Of a stretch of 64,000 nucleotides of DNA, positions 1-8,709 are shown piece after piece. The position numbers were made by a program, and so were the translations under genes. Under the pieces are notes generated by a model that did not search any database, was not told the origin of the DNA, and worked only from the letters and a program-made list of their open reading frames with translations. Each line of letters starts with the position of its first letter. Position 1 is the first letter of the stretch. Source of the DNA: Longimicrobiales bacterium (GTDB lineage Bacteria; Gemmatimonadota; Gemmatimonadetes; Longimicrobiales; Gaopeijiaceae); contig JAVJOF010000015.1 of assembly GCA_040216925.1 (NCBI GenBank), positions 63,836 to 127,835 on the forward strand, given 5' to 3'.

Positions 1-213
1 GCCCGCGAAAAGGGCGTGCCCACCGTGGAGAACAAGCCGCTGGCCCGGGCCCTCTTCGCCACGGCCACCGTGGGAGCCTCGATCCCCGTGGACCTGTTCG
101 TCGCCGTGGCCGAGGTGCTGGCCTTCGTCTACAAGAACCGTGGCCGGAAGCCGGCCGGCGCCGCCCGGACGCCTTCGTCCGCTAGCGGCACCAACCTCGG
201 GAGCGCGTCGTGA
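1..213 (+). CDS. flhB: Flagellar type III export protein FlhB, C-terminal fragment (5' end lies outside the window)
   Basis: Frame 1 is open from nt 1. Translation AREKGVPTVENKPLARALF...VAEVLAFVY matches the conserved FlhB C-terminal segment. The stop overlaps the flhA GTG start (GTGA). Confidence 0.8.
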   Translation, partial: AREKGVPTVENKPLARALFATATVGASIPVDLFVAVAEVLAFVYKNRGRKPAGAARTPSSASGTNLGSAS

Positions 214-2279
214 ACCTGGAGCGTTTCGACCTGTCCAAGTACGGCGAGATGGCCGTCGTCGCGGGCATCGTGCTCGTGGTAGGGCTGCTGGTCCTGCCCC
301 TCCCGACGTTCCTTCTGGACCTGCTCCTGGCCGCGTCCATCGCGTCGGGCCTGGTGGTCCTGCTGGTGGCGCTGAACGCCGACAAGCCGCTGGACTTCAG
401 CTCGTTCCCGGCGGTGCTGCTGATCCTCACGCTGTTCCGCCTGGCGCTGAACGTCAGCTCCACCCGCCTGATCCTGGGTACGGGCTCGGCGGGCTCGGTC
501 ATCGAGGCGTTCGGCGAGTTCGTGATCGGGGGCAACTACGCCGTGGGCGTGGTCATCTTCCTGATCCTGGTGGGCATCAACTTCATCGTCATCACGAAGG
601 GTGCCGGGCGCGTGGCCGAGGTGGCCGCCCGCTTCACGCTGGACGCCATGCCCGGCCGCCAGATGAGCATCGACGGCGACCTGTCCGCCGGCCTCATCGA
701 CGATGCCGAGGCCAAGCGCCGCCGTGAGGAGGTGTCGCGCGAGGCCGACTTCTACGGCGCCATGGACGGTGCCGCCAAGTTCGTCCGCGGAGACGCCATC
801 GCCGGACTCCTGATCACCGGCATCAACATCCTGGGCGGCCTGTTCGTGGGCATGGTCCAGCGGGGGATGCCCGTGGGACGGGCCCTGTCGGAGTACACCG
901 TCCTGACGGTGGGCGACGGTCTGGTCAGCCAGATCCCGGCGCTCGTCATCTCGACCGCGGCGGGCATCATGGTCACGTCGTCGTCCGGGAGCGGAAAAGT
1001 GGGTACGGCCCTGGTGCGCCAGATCGGCCGCGACGCCCGCCCCATGTGGATGGCCTCGGCGTTCCTCGGCAGCCTGTCGGTGGTGCCGGGCATGCCCACC
1101 GTGCCGTTCCTGGCCCTGGCCGGGGGCGCGGCGCTGGCCGCCCGCCAGTCCGGAAAGCAGGTGGACGAGGCCGCGGTGGAGCTGGGTATGGCCGCCCAGG
1201 AAGAAGTGGAGGCCGAGGAGTCCGTCAGCCCGGTCCACGACCTGCTCCAGATCGACACCGTGGAGCTCGAGGTCGGATACGGCCTGATCCCGCTGGTGGA
1301 CGAAGGACAGGGAGGCGACCTCCTGAGCCGCATCAAACTGCTCCGCAAGCAGGCCGCCCTGGAAACGGGCATCCTGGTGCCGCCCATCCGCATCCGCGAC
1401 GACGTCCGGCTCCAGAGCAACGAGTACATCGTGAAGATCCGGGGCTCCGAGGTCGGCCGGGGCGAAGTGCGCCCCCGCCTGCTCATGGCCCTGGACACCG
1501 GCGGCGTGCTGGCACCGGTCGACGGCGAAGACACGTTCGACCCGAGCTTCGGCATGCCCGCCCGGTGGATTCCCGGCAAGACCCGGGTGGACGCCGAGGC
1601 CGCGGGCTACGTCGTGGTGGAGCCGTCCACGGTGGTGGCCACGCACCTCCTCGAGGTGCTGAAGGGCCACGCCGACGAACTCCTGGGCCGGCAGGACGTC
1701 CAGGAGATGCTGGACACGCTCAAGGTGAGCTACCCCGCCCTGGTGGACGAGGTGGTGCCGAGCCGGATCAGCCTGGGCACGCTCCATCGCGTGCTGCAGC
1801 GTCTGCTCCGTGAGCGCGTACCGATCCGCGACCTGGTCACCATCCTGGAGACCCTGGCCGACGTGTCGGAGCAGACCAAGGACCCCGAGGCGCTGACCGA
1901 ACACGTGCGGCGGGCCCTGGCCAACGTCATCGGCGAGGCCTTCGTGGGCGCCGACGGCGCCATCTCGGGCATCACCCTCGGACCGTCCCTCGAAGCGGCC
2001 CTCATGGGCCTCTTCAGCCCGCGTGCGAACCGGCCGTCGTCGCAGATGATGGACCCGGACACGCTCACGGGACTTCTGACCCGGTTGGACGACCTGGCCC
2101 GCGCCTACGCGGAAGACGGTCGTCCGGTACCGGTCATCACCCCGCCCGGACTCCGGGTGGGCATTCGCCGGCTCATCGAGCCGGTACTACCCAACATTCC
2201 GGTGATTTCGCTGGCGGAGCTCCCGCCCCAGGCGAATCTCCGGAGTCTCGCGACATGGGAGATGCAGCATGCAGCTTGA
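210..2279 (+). CDS. flhA: Flagellar export apparatus protein FlhA
   Basis: 689-aa ORF with an N-terminal multi-TM region. FHIPEP-type motifs are present (FRLALNVSSTRLIL, RFTLDAMPGRQMSIDGDL, GAMDGAAKFVRGDAIAG), followed by a large cytoplasmic C-domain. Synteny flhB-flhA-flhF. Confidence 0.95.
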   Translation: MNLERFDLSKYGEMAVVAGIVLVVGLLVLPLPTFLLDLLLAASIASGLVVLLVALNADKPLDFSSFPAVLLILTLFRLALNVSSTRLILGTGSAGSVIEAFGEFVIGGNYAVGVVIFLILVGINFIVITKGAGRVAEVAARFTLDAMPGRQMSIDGDLSAGLIDDAEAKRRREEVSREADFYGAMDGAAKFVRGDAIAGLLITGINILGGLFVGMVQRGMPVGRALSEYTVLTVGDGLVSQIPALVISTAAGIMVTSSSGSGKVGTALVRQIGRDARPMWMASAFLGSLSVVPGMPTVPFLALAGGAALAARQSGKQVDEAAVELGMAAQEEVEAEESVSPVHDLLQIDTVELEVGYGLIPLVDEGQGGDLLSRIKLLRKQAALETGILVPPIRIRDDVRLQSNEYIVKIRGSEVGRGEVRPRLLMALDTGGVLAPVDGEDTFDPSFGMPARWIPGKTRVDAEAAGYVVVEPSTVVATHLLEVLKGHADELLGRQDVQEMLDTLKVSYPALVDEVVPSRISLGTLHRVLQRLLRERVPIRDLVTILETLADVSEQTKDPEALTEHVRRALANVIGEAFVGADGAISGITLGPSLEAALMGLFSPRANRPSSQMMDPDTLTGLLTRLDDLARAYAEDGRPVPVITPPGLRVGIRRLIEPVLPNIPVISLAELPPQANLRSLATWEMQHAA

Positions 2280-3105
2280 GACCTTCCGGGGACGCGACCT
2301 GCCCACCGTGATGGGTCTGGTCCGTCGGTCCCTGGGCAAGGAGGCCATGATCGTCCGCACGCAGGTGGCGGACGGGCCGAAGGGTCGGGTCGTCGAGATC
2401 GTGGCGGCCGACGCGAACGCGGTGGAGGAACTGCGCCGCAAGCTCGACGGCGGCCGGGCCGCGGCCCAGCGCGCCAAGGGGCGCCGCCGGATCGGACCCT
2501 ACGTCGTGGCGCTGGTGGGCCCTCCCGGGGCCGGAAAGACCACGACCGCGGTGAAGCTGGCCCTCCATCCGCGGGGGCTCGGCAGCAAGAAGGTGGGGCT
2601 GATCACGCTCGACACGCACCGGGTCGGTGCCATCGAGGAACTTCAGACCTACGCCGAACTGGCCGATCTTCCACTCGAGGTCGTCTACCACAAGAGGGAG
2701 GTCGCCGCCGCGCTCCATCGGCTCCGTTCCTGCCAGGTGGTGGTGGTGGACACGCCCGGGCGGCTTCCCGCGGATCCCGAGGAATCGGGCTGGGGAAGCG
2801 CGCTGGCCGAGATGGACGCGGACGAGGTGCACCTGGTGCTCCCCGCCGGCCTCCGCCTCGACGTGGCGCGGAGCCAGAAGGACCGGTTCGGCGGCGCGGG
2901 TGTGACGCACGTTCTGTACTCCAAGGTCGACGAGCTTCCGCAGGAGCGGGGGCTGGCCGAACTGGCGGAGGCGGTGGGGTTGCCGGCGCGCTGGCTCGCC
3001 GACGGCCACGACATTCCCGGGACGCTGTCCCCGGCCGGTCCGCGCATCCTGCGGGCGCTGGGACTGGGTTCCGCCGACGAGCCGGCGACCGCGCTGGCCA
3101 TCTGA
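2269..3105 (+). CDS. flhF: Flagellar biosynthesis SRP-type GTPase FlhF (short N-terminal domain)
   Basis: Walker A GPPGAGKTTT, plus DTPGR and YSKVDE motifs. Overlaps the flhA end by 11 nt and is followed by flhG. Confidence 0.85.
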   Translation: MQLETFRGRDLPTVMGLVRRSLGKEAMIVRTQVADGPKGRVVEIVAADANAVEELRRKLDGGRAAAQRAKGRRRIGPYVVALVGPPGAGKTTTAVKLALHPRGLGSKKVGLITLDTHRVGAIEELQTYAELADLPLEVVYHKREVAAALHRLRSCQVVVVDTPGRLPADPEESGWGSALAEMDADEVHLVLPAGLRLDVARSQKDRFGGAGVTHVLYSKVDELPQERGLAELAEAVGLPARWLADGHDIPGTLSPAGPRILRALGLGSADEPATALAI

Positions 3106-3125
3106 TCCTCTCTACGGACATCCAC

Positions 3126-3986
3126 GTGAACCGCTCCGTCGATTCCCTCAAAGCCTTCATGGCCGGCTCCGGTGGCCCGGCGCGTTTCCGCGCCCGGTCC
3201 GGGGTGGTGGTCGTGGGTTCGGGGAAGGGCGGCGTGGGTACCTCCACCGTCTCGGCGCTCCTGGCCCTCACGGCCGCGCACCGGGGCGAACACGTGCTCC
3301 TGGTGGACGCCGACGAGTCGGTCGGATCGCTCCACTACATGCTGGGCGTGAAGGACGCGGGGGCCGGCCTCGGCGCGCTGCGCGGCGGGCGGGTCACCCC
3401 CCAGGACCTCCTGGTGGTGGCCGCACCCGGCCTGACGTTGTTGCCCGGCGGCGGCGGGGGCGTGGATGCGACGCTGTCGTCGGCCACGGCCGAACGCCGC
3501 GCACTGTTCCGGCGGGTGGCCGACCTCTACGACCGGTACGATCTGGTGGTGGTGGACGGCGGATCCCGTCTCGAGTCCGTCATGGCCGCGTGTGGCGCGG
3601 GCGTGGAGCGTCTGCTGTGCGTGACGGAGCCCGGTCGGATCTCCCTGGCGGCCTCGTACGCGCTGTTCAAGGTGGCACGGACGCGGTTCGAAGGACTGCC
3701 CGTGGAGATGGTCATCAACGGCGCCGACGACCGGAGCGGACGCGGGCTGCACGCCGTGGTCCGGCAGGCCACCCAGAGCTTCCTGGGCACGGACGTCCGG
3801 TTCGGCGGCACGGTGCCGCTCGACGCGGACATCCGGGACACCATGGACCGGGGGTACGGACTCCAGTCCCTCCTGGCCACGTCGGAGGCCGCCGCCGCAG
3901 TGGGTGGGCTGGCGGACCGGATCCTCCTGGAACAGGACCACGTGGCCGGCGACGTGCCGGTCGTGCCGCTGACGCCGACGCTCTGA
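3126..3986 (+). CDS. flhG: MinD/ParA-type ATPase FlhG (FleN/YlxH)
   Basis: Deviant Walker A VVVGSGKGGVGTST and a MinD-like body. Canonical position after flhF. GTG start. Confidence 0.85.
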   Translation: MNRSVDSLKAFMAGSGGPARFRARSGVVVVGSGKGGVGTSTVSALLALTAAHRGEHVLLVDADESVGSLHYMLGVKDAGAGLGALRGGRVTPQDLLVVAAPGLTLLPGGGGGVDATLSSATAERRALFRRVADLYDRYDLVVVDGGSRLESVMAACGAGVERLLCVTEPGRISLAASYALFKVARTRFEGLPVEMVINGADDRSGRGLHAVVRQATQSFLGTDVRFGGTVPLDADIRDTMDRGYGLQSLLATSEAAAAVGGLADRILLEQDHVAGDVPVVPLTPTL

Positions 3987-4310
3987 GCGTCCGGAGCGAC
4001 CGCCCGCCGGTCCTCGCTCCGTTCTCCCGCCCACCCCGGATCCCGGGCCGGGCCCCCGCAGCAACCCTCGTCCCGGCCCACGGCCTCCGCCTGCCGCGAC
4101 TCTGCAGCGACCCTGCGGCGACCCTCAGGTCGCCCGCGTCTCCACGGCCCGGATCGCCGCCTCCTCGATGCGGCACGATCCCCCTCCCGGAAGCCGCTTC
4201 CTACCGACCGCTGCCCGGCAAGATCGACCGGCCCAGGCCCGGAAGACCCTGCCGGTCGGGCCTGTTCTGCCGACCCCGACCGGCACCGTGGTGCAGAATC
4301 TTTAGCGATG

Positions 4311-4323
4311 TAAGTCGTTGATA
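4311..4323 (-). promoter_or_regulatory. Candidate IHF-binding site (TATCAACGACTTA on the minus strand)
   Basis: The reverse complement of 4311-4323 fits WATCAANNNNTTR at every defined position. It lies in a conspicuous AT-rich island (4295-4345) within otherwise GC-rich DNA, about 55 nt upstream of the sigma-54-like element. Confidence 0.35.
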
Positions 4324-4374
4324 TAAAACGATTTACGTGTCCATGAACCTCGGATGTGGCCCGATCCGCGTTTC

Positions 4375-4391
4375 TGGTACGGCCCCTGCTT
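4375..4391 (+). promoter_or_regulatory. Candidate sigma-54 (-24/-12) promoter for fliA
   Basis: TGGTACGGCCCCTGCTT compared with TGGCACG-N4-TTGCW: GG and GC are separated by exactly 10 nt. It lies about 43 nt upstream of the fliA ATG, with an AGGAGAG RBS in between. Confidence 0.4.
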
Positions 4392-4431
4392 TAGTCATGG
4401 GCCGAAGCCACCTCGCAGGAGAGTCTGAACC

Positions 4432-5187
4432 ATGACAGAGACGATGCTCTGGGAAGCCGCCCGGTCCACCGAGGACACCACCGCCCGCGACGAGCTGTTG
4501 CTCAAGCACATGGGCCTGGTGCACCACGTGGCTCGGCAGGTCATGCGGTCCACCCGCGTCGACGCCGCCTTCGAAGAACTGGTGAGCGCCGGCACGATCG
4601 GACTGATGAACGCCATCGAGAACTTCGACCCGAGCCGGGGTCTGGCGTTCAGCACCTTCGCGGCCCCCAGGATCCGCGGGTCCGTCCTCGACGACCTCCG
4701 GCGCCGCGACCACGCCCCCCGGTCCATCCGCAAGAAACAGCGGGACATGGCCCGGGTGCAGGCGCAGTTGTCCGCCGACTACGACCGGCCCCCGACGGAC
4801 GAGGAGATGGCCGACGCCCTGGAGATCCCGGTGGAGAAGCTCTGGACCTGGCAGCGCCAGTCCGAGCAGGCTGCCCGGGTCTCGCTGGACCGGCCGCTCG
4901 ACAGCGCCACGGAGGGCGGCAACACCGCCCGGGACATCCTGGCCGGCGACGACGGGCGGGAGATCGAGATGCAGATCAACCAGGCCGAGGAGATCCAGCT
5001 CCTGCGGGACGAGATCCTCAACCTGAAGGAGCAGGAGCGCATCGTGCTCTCGCTCTACTACTTCGAGGAGTTGAAGCTGCACGAGATCGCGACGGTGCTG
5101 GGTGTGACCGAGTCGCGCATCTCCCAGATCCGCACCAAGGCGATCGCGAACCTCCGCGGACGTCTGGCGCACCTGCGCGACGGATGA
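4432..5187 (+). CDS. fliA: Flagellar sigma factor FliA (sigma-28)
   Basis: Sigma-70 family regions 2-4 (LVHHVARQV..., YYFEELKLHEIATVLGVTESRISQIRTKA). AGGAGAG RBS upstream. Positioned after flhF-flhG. Confidence 0.9.
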   Translation: MTETMLWEAARSTEDTTARDELLLKHMGLVHHVARQVMRSTRVDAAFEELVSAGTIGLMNAIENFDPSRGLAFSTFAAPRIRGSVLDDLRRRDHAPRSIRKKQRDMARVQAQLSADYDRPPTDEEMADALEIPVEKLWTWQRQSEQAARVSLDRPLDSATEGGNTARDILAGDDGREIEMQINQAEEIQLLRDEILNLKEQERIVLSLYYFEELKLHEIATVLGVTESRISQIRTKAIANLRGRLAHLRDG

Positions 5188-5912
5188 TCCGCGCCCTCCT
5201 CCTGGTCTCGGCCCTGGCGGCCGCCGTGCCTTCCGCCGGTGCCCACGCCCAGACCACAGGTACGGTCCGCACCGTGCAGGCCGTCCTCGACGCCGCTTCC
5301 GACTCGATGGTCTCCGCGGACACCGCGCAGACGGCCTCGACGCCGGTCCGTCGCGACCTGCCGGGTGCCCCCACGGGGGTGACCCCGGCCGGGTACGTGG
5401 CCGACCGGGTCCGGGGCATCCTGGACAACCCGTCCGACCCCGCCCGGTGGCAGGAACTGGCGGGCGCCCTGCCCGAGCTGGCCATGGCCGGAGACGGCGA
5501 CTGGGAAGCGACGCTGGATGCGGCGCGCCTGGCCGACTCGGTGTCCGTGGCGGCCCTCGCCGCCGCCGGCACGACGCCGCCGAGCGAGCGCGGGATCGCC
5601 ACCCCGGCTCCCGCCTCGGCGGACTGGCCCATCCAGCCGTCGGATCTGCTGACCCTCCTGGCCGGGCTGGTGGCCCTGGGCGTGGTGGTGTTCAGCATGC
5701 GCTCCGGTGCCGTCCGGCCCCGCCCGGCCCCGATGCGGATGGCCACGGCGACTCCCTCCCGGGCTCCGGCCCGGGCGGCCGACCTGCCGCCGGCGTCCAT
5801 GGCCCAGCAGATCGTGGCCATGGCCGAATGCGGCATGACCCGCTCCGAGATCGCCCGCCGCACCGGCCTGGCGCAGGACGCCGTGTCCGTGGTCGTGGGG
5901 CTCAACCGATGA
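5184..5912 (+). CDS. Hypothetical protein: signal peptide, periplasmic region, one TM helix, C-terminal cytoplasmic HTH-like segment
   Basis: N-terminus MIRALLLVSALAAAVPSAGAHAQ (signal-like). TM helix LLTLLAGLVALGVVVFS. C-terminus IVAMAECGMTRSEIARRTGLAQDAVSVVV (HTH pattern). ATGA overlaps with both the fliA stop and the flgF start. The alternative frames are Arg/Pro junk. Confidence 0.55.
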   Translation: MIRALLLVSALAAAVPSAGAHAQTTGTVRTVQAVLDAASDSMVSADTAQTASTPVRRDLPGAPTGVTPAGYVADRVRGILDNPSDPARWQELAGALPELAMAGDGDWEATLDAARLADSVSVAALAAAGTTPPSERGIATPAPASADWPIQPSDLLTLLAGLVALGVVVFSMRSGAVRPRPAPMRMATATPSRAPARAADLPPASMAQQIVAMAECGMTRSEIARRTGLAQDAVSVVVGLNR

Positions 5913-6598
5913 ACGGCCCGCTCCGTGCCGGCGCCGAGGCGCTGCGATACTGGGAGGCCCGTCAGGCCACGCTGTCCAACAACCTGGCCAACGTGTCCAC
6001 CCCGGGCTTCAAGGGCGAGCGCGTGTTCGCCCGGCTCCTCGACGACGCTTCGCTGGTGGCGGAAGGATCGCCGGACCTGACCGCCGGCGGCCTGAGCCAG
6101 ACCGAGCGCCCGTTGGACGTGGCGCTGGCCGGCGACGGCTTCCTGGTGGTGGAGACCGAACGAGGAGAGCGCTGGATCCGGGGGGGATCGTTCTCCCTGG
6201 ACGCCGCCGGCCTCATGGTCGACAGCGCCGGCAACCCGGTGCTCGGCGAGTCCGGGCCCATCGTGCTGCCGCCCGGCCCCGTGGAGATCGCCCCGGACGG
6301 CGTGATCCGCGTCGGCGGGGCCGACGTGGACCGCTTCCGCCTCGAGCGCACCGGAGATCCCGGCGCCCTCGTCCGCGAAGGCGCCAACCACTGGATGCCC
6401 GCCGCCGACGCCACACCCGTGGCGTTGGAGCAGGCTCTGGTCCAGCAGGGACATCTCGAAGACAGCAACGTCGATCCCGTGGGGGCGATGGTCGAGATGA
6501 TCGAGATCCAGCGCGCCTATCAGGCCGTCCAGCGCACCATGCAGACGGCCGACGGCGTCATGGAAACCATCACGACCCAGATCGGACGCGTGGGCTAG
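5909..6598 (+). CDS. flgF: Flagellar basal-body rod protein FlgF
   Basis: Internal ATG at 5909 chosen (ATGA overlap). N-terminal LSNNLANVSTPGFK and C-terminal QGHLEDSNVDPVGAMVEMIEIQRAYQ rod-protein motifs. Confidence 0.85.
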   Translation: MNGPLRAGAEALRYWEARQATLSNNLANVSTPGFKGERVFARLLDDASLVAEGSPDLTAGGLSQTERPLDVALAGDGFLVVETERGERWIRGGSFSLDAAGLMVDSAGNPVLGESGPIVLPPGPVEIAPDGVIRVGGADVDRFRLERTGDPGALVREGANHWMPAADATPVALEQALVQQGHLEDSNVDPVGAMVEMIEIQRAYQAVQRTMQTADGVMETITTQIGRVG

Positions 6599-6630
6599 GC
6601 CCACCGACGCCCGCGAACGAGGAGAGCATC

Positions 6631-7419
6631 ATGGATCCAGCACTGCGCGCTGCGGCCACCGGAATGCAGGCCCAGCAGACCCGGGTGGAGGTCATCTCCA
6701 ACAACCTGGCCAACGTCAACACCACCGGCTTCAAGCGGAGCCGTGCCCACTTCGAGGATCTCCTGTACCAGACGGAGCAGGGGACCCAGGCCGTGGACGG
6801 CACCGACGCCGAGACCACGGGTGCCATCCAGGTGGGCCGGGGCACGCGTCTGGCCGCAGTGCAGCGCATCGACCGCCAGGGCACGCTCGAGCAGACCGGA
6901 CGGCCGCTGGATCTGGCCATCGAGGGCGAGGGCTACTTCCAGGTCCAGATGCCCGACGGCGGGTTCGCCTACACCCGCGACGGCTCGTTCAGCATCTCGG
7001 ATCAGGGCGTGATCGTGACCAACAGCGGCTACACGGTCTCTCCCGGCGTTTCGGTGCCGGAAGACGCCACCGAGCTGACCATCTCGCGCACCGGCGTCGT
7101 GTCCGTGGCTTCGGCCGCCGACGGGATCCCGGTGGAGATCGGCCGCATCGAGCTGGCCCGCTTCACCAACCCGCCGGGCCTCCGGGCCATGGGCGAGAAC
7201 CTCTTCACCGAGACCCCCGCGTCGGGTGAGCCCCAGACCGGCTTCGCCCAGGAGGGCGGCTTCGGCCGCGTGCTCCAGGGTTCGCTGGAGGGCAGCAACG
7301 TCGAGATCGTGCAGGAGATGGTGGACATGATCACGGCCATGCGCGCCTACGAGATCAACTCGAAGGCGGTGCAGTCGGCCGAGCAGATGTCCGAGATCGC
7401 CAACGGGCTGATCCGCTGA
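6631..7419 (+). CDS. flgG: Flagellar distal rod protein FlgG
   Basis: ISNNLANVNTTGFKRSRAHFEDLLYQ and C-terminal GSLEGSNVEIVQEMVDMITAMRAYE. AGGAGAG RBS. Confidence 0.95.
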   Translation: MDPALRAAATGMQAQQTRVEVISNNLANVNTTGFKRSRAHFEDLLYQTEQGTQAVDGTDAETTGAIQVGRGTRLAAVQRIDRQGTLEQTGRPLDLAIEGEGYFQVQMPDGGFAYTRDGSFSISDQGVIVTNSGYTVSPGVSVPEDATELTISRTGVVSVASAADGIPVEIGRIELARFTNPPGLRAMGENLFTETPASGEPQTGFAQEGGFGRVLQGSLEGSNVEIVQEMVDMITAMRAYEINSKAVQSAEQMSEIANGLIR

Positions 7420-7421
7420 TC

Positions 7422-8102
7422 ATGCGCTGCTGGGTGGCTCTTCCCGTCCTTCTGGCTTCCGGCGCCGGCGCCCATGCCGCCGCCCAGGAGCCCACGTATC
7501 CGAGCAGCGTCGAGCGGCGCGCCCGGGACGAGGTCGCGCGCCGGTGGCAGACGTCGGGGGATTCGCTCGTGTTGGAGTGGAGCCGCGTCCGCGAGGACGT
7601 GGCCGAGGACTCCCCCGTGGACCTGGTCGGCTCGGGAGCCGGCGGCCACTGGGTGGCCCGGCTCCGGACGGTGGACGGGTCGCCCGTCAGCATCCGGCTC
7701 CGTGCCGGGGAACGGCGGAGCGTACCCGTGGCCGCCCGCGGCCTGTCCCGTGGTCAGGAGCTGACCCCGTCGGACGTCTCGGTCACGACCGAGGTGCGGT
7801 GGGGGGCGCCCGAGCCGGGCGGCGAAGCCGTGGATCTCGAAGGGTGGGTGGTCCAGCGGGCCATCGCCTCGGGAGAAGCGCTGCGCCTTCCGGTGGTGCG
7901 GCCGCCTCTGGCGGTCGTTTCCGGCCGGGGCGTGGAGATCCGATGGCAGCGGGGCGGCGTGGGACTGACCGCCTCGGCCACGGCCGCAGGGTCGGCCGCG
8001 GTGGGTGATACGGTGTTCGTCCGGACCCAGTCCGGGGAACGCCTTCGCGGCGTCGCGGTGGCGCCGGGAATCGTGGACGTGAGCAGGGAGGGCGGCCGAT
8101 GA
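7422..8102 (+). CDS. flgA: Flagellar P-ring assembly chaperone FlgA
   Basis: Signal peptide and a C-terminal SAF/FlgA-like region (RGQELTPSDV..., GDTVFVRTQSGERLRGVAVAPGIVDV). Located between flgG and flgH. Confidence 0.8.
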   Translation: MRCWVALPVLLASGAGAHAAAQEPTYPSSVERRARDEVARRWQTSGDSLVLEWSRVREDVAEDSPVDLVGSGAGGHWVARLRTVDGSPVSIRLRAGERRSVPVAARGLSRGQELTPSDVSVTTEVRWGAPEPGGEAVDLEGWVVQRAIASGEALRLPVVRPPLAVVSGRGVEIRWQRGGVGLTASATAAGSAAVGDTVFVRTQSGERLRGVAVAPGIVDVSREGGR

Positions 8103-8698
8103 GCCCCCGACGCAGTGGTGTGATCGTGTTTTCGCTGGCGACGCTGCTGGTGGCCCCGAGCTTGCGGGCCCAGGCTCCGCCGGCGGCCACGGCGGGCCCG
8201 CCCGTCCGCGGTTCGTGGACATCGGACCGCCTCGCGCTCCGCGAAGGCGACATCGTGACCATCCTCATCGACGAGTACACGGTGGCGTCGGCCGACAAGG
8301 GCGACGTGGCCACCCGCGACAGGGGGCGCGACATCTCCGTGGGCGTGAACGCCTCCGGGACGTCGGCCGGCGGAACGCTCCGGACCGGCAACGACGTGTC
8401 GAACCGTACCCGCGGAGAGGCCTCGCGCCGCGACCGCTTCAGCGCGGAGCTCTCGGCCCGGGTGGCCGAGGTGCTCCCCGGCGGCGTGCTCCGGATCGAG
8501 GCCACGCGCAAGCTGCGCATCGACGACCACGAGCAGGAAGTGGTCATCCGCGGCTTCGTCCGGCCTCAGGACGTGTCCGCGTCCAATACCGTCGATTCCT
8601 GGCGGATCGCCGACGCGGAGATCCTCTACGACTCCAACGACAAGCTCGGGAAGGTGGGCGGCATCTGGTCCACCATCCTCGACCTGATCATCCCGTGA
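8099..8698 (+). CDS. flgH: Flagellar L-ring protein FlgH
   Basis: Signal peptide, then DRLALREGDIVTILIDE...RKLRIDDHEQEVVIRGFVRPQDV...ILYDSNDKLG, typical of the FlgH family. Confidence 0.9.
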   Translation: MSPRRSGVIVFSLATLLVAPSLRAQAPPAATAGPPVRGSWTSDRLALREGDIVTILIDEYTVASADKGDVATRDRGRDISVGVNASGTSAGGTLRTGNDVSNRTRGEASRRDRFSAELSARVAEVLPGGVLRIEATRKLRIDDHEQEVVIRGFVRPQDVSASNTVDSWRIADAEILYDSNDKLGKVGGIWSTILDLIIP

Positions 8699-8709
8699 GG
8701 CCTCGCACC

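Noticed and set aside
129-1904. 591-aa antisense ORF opposite flhA. Similar long minus-strand ORFs lie opposite the flagellar and Bat genes, e.g. 2685-4064, 26001-27656 and 27671-30208.
   Set aside because: The translations are dominated by Arg/Gly/Pro/Ala/His runs with no recognisable motifs. The opposite strand encodes clearly recognisable conserved proteins. These are typical shadow ORFs in very GC-rich DNA, where stop codons are rare.
2269-3105. Short FlhF (278 aa) as a possible truncated gene or pseudogene.
   Set aside because: The NG GTPase motifs are intact and the reading frame is continuous, with an overlap to flhA. Only the poorly conserved basic N-domain is short, and that domain is known to vary.
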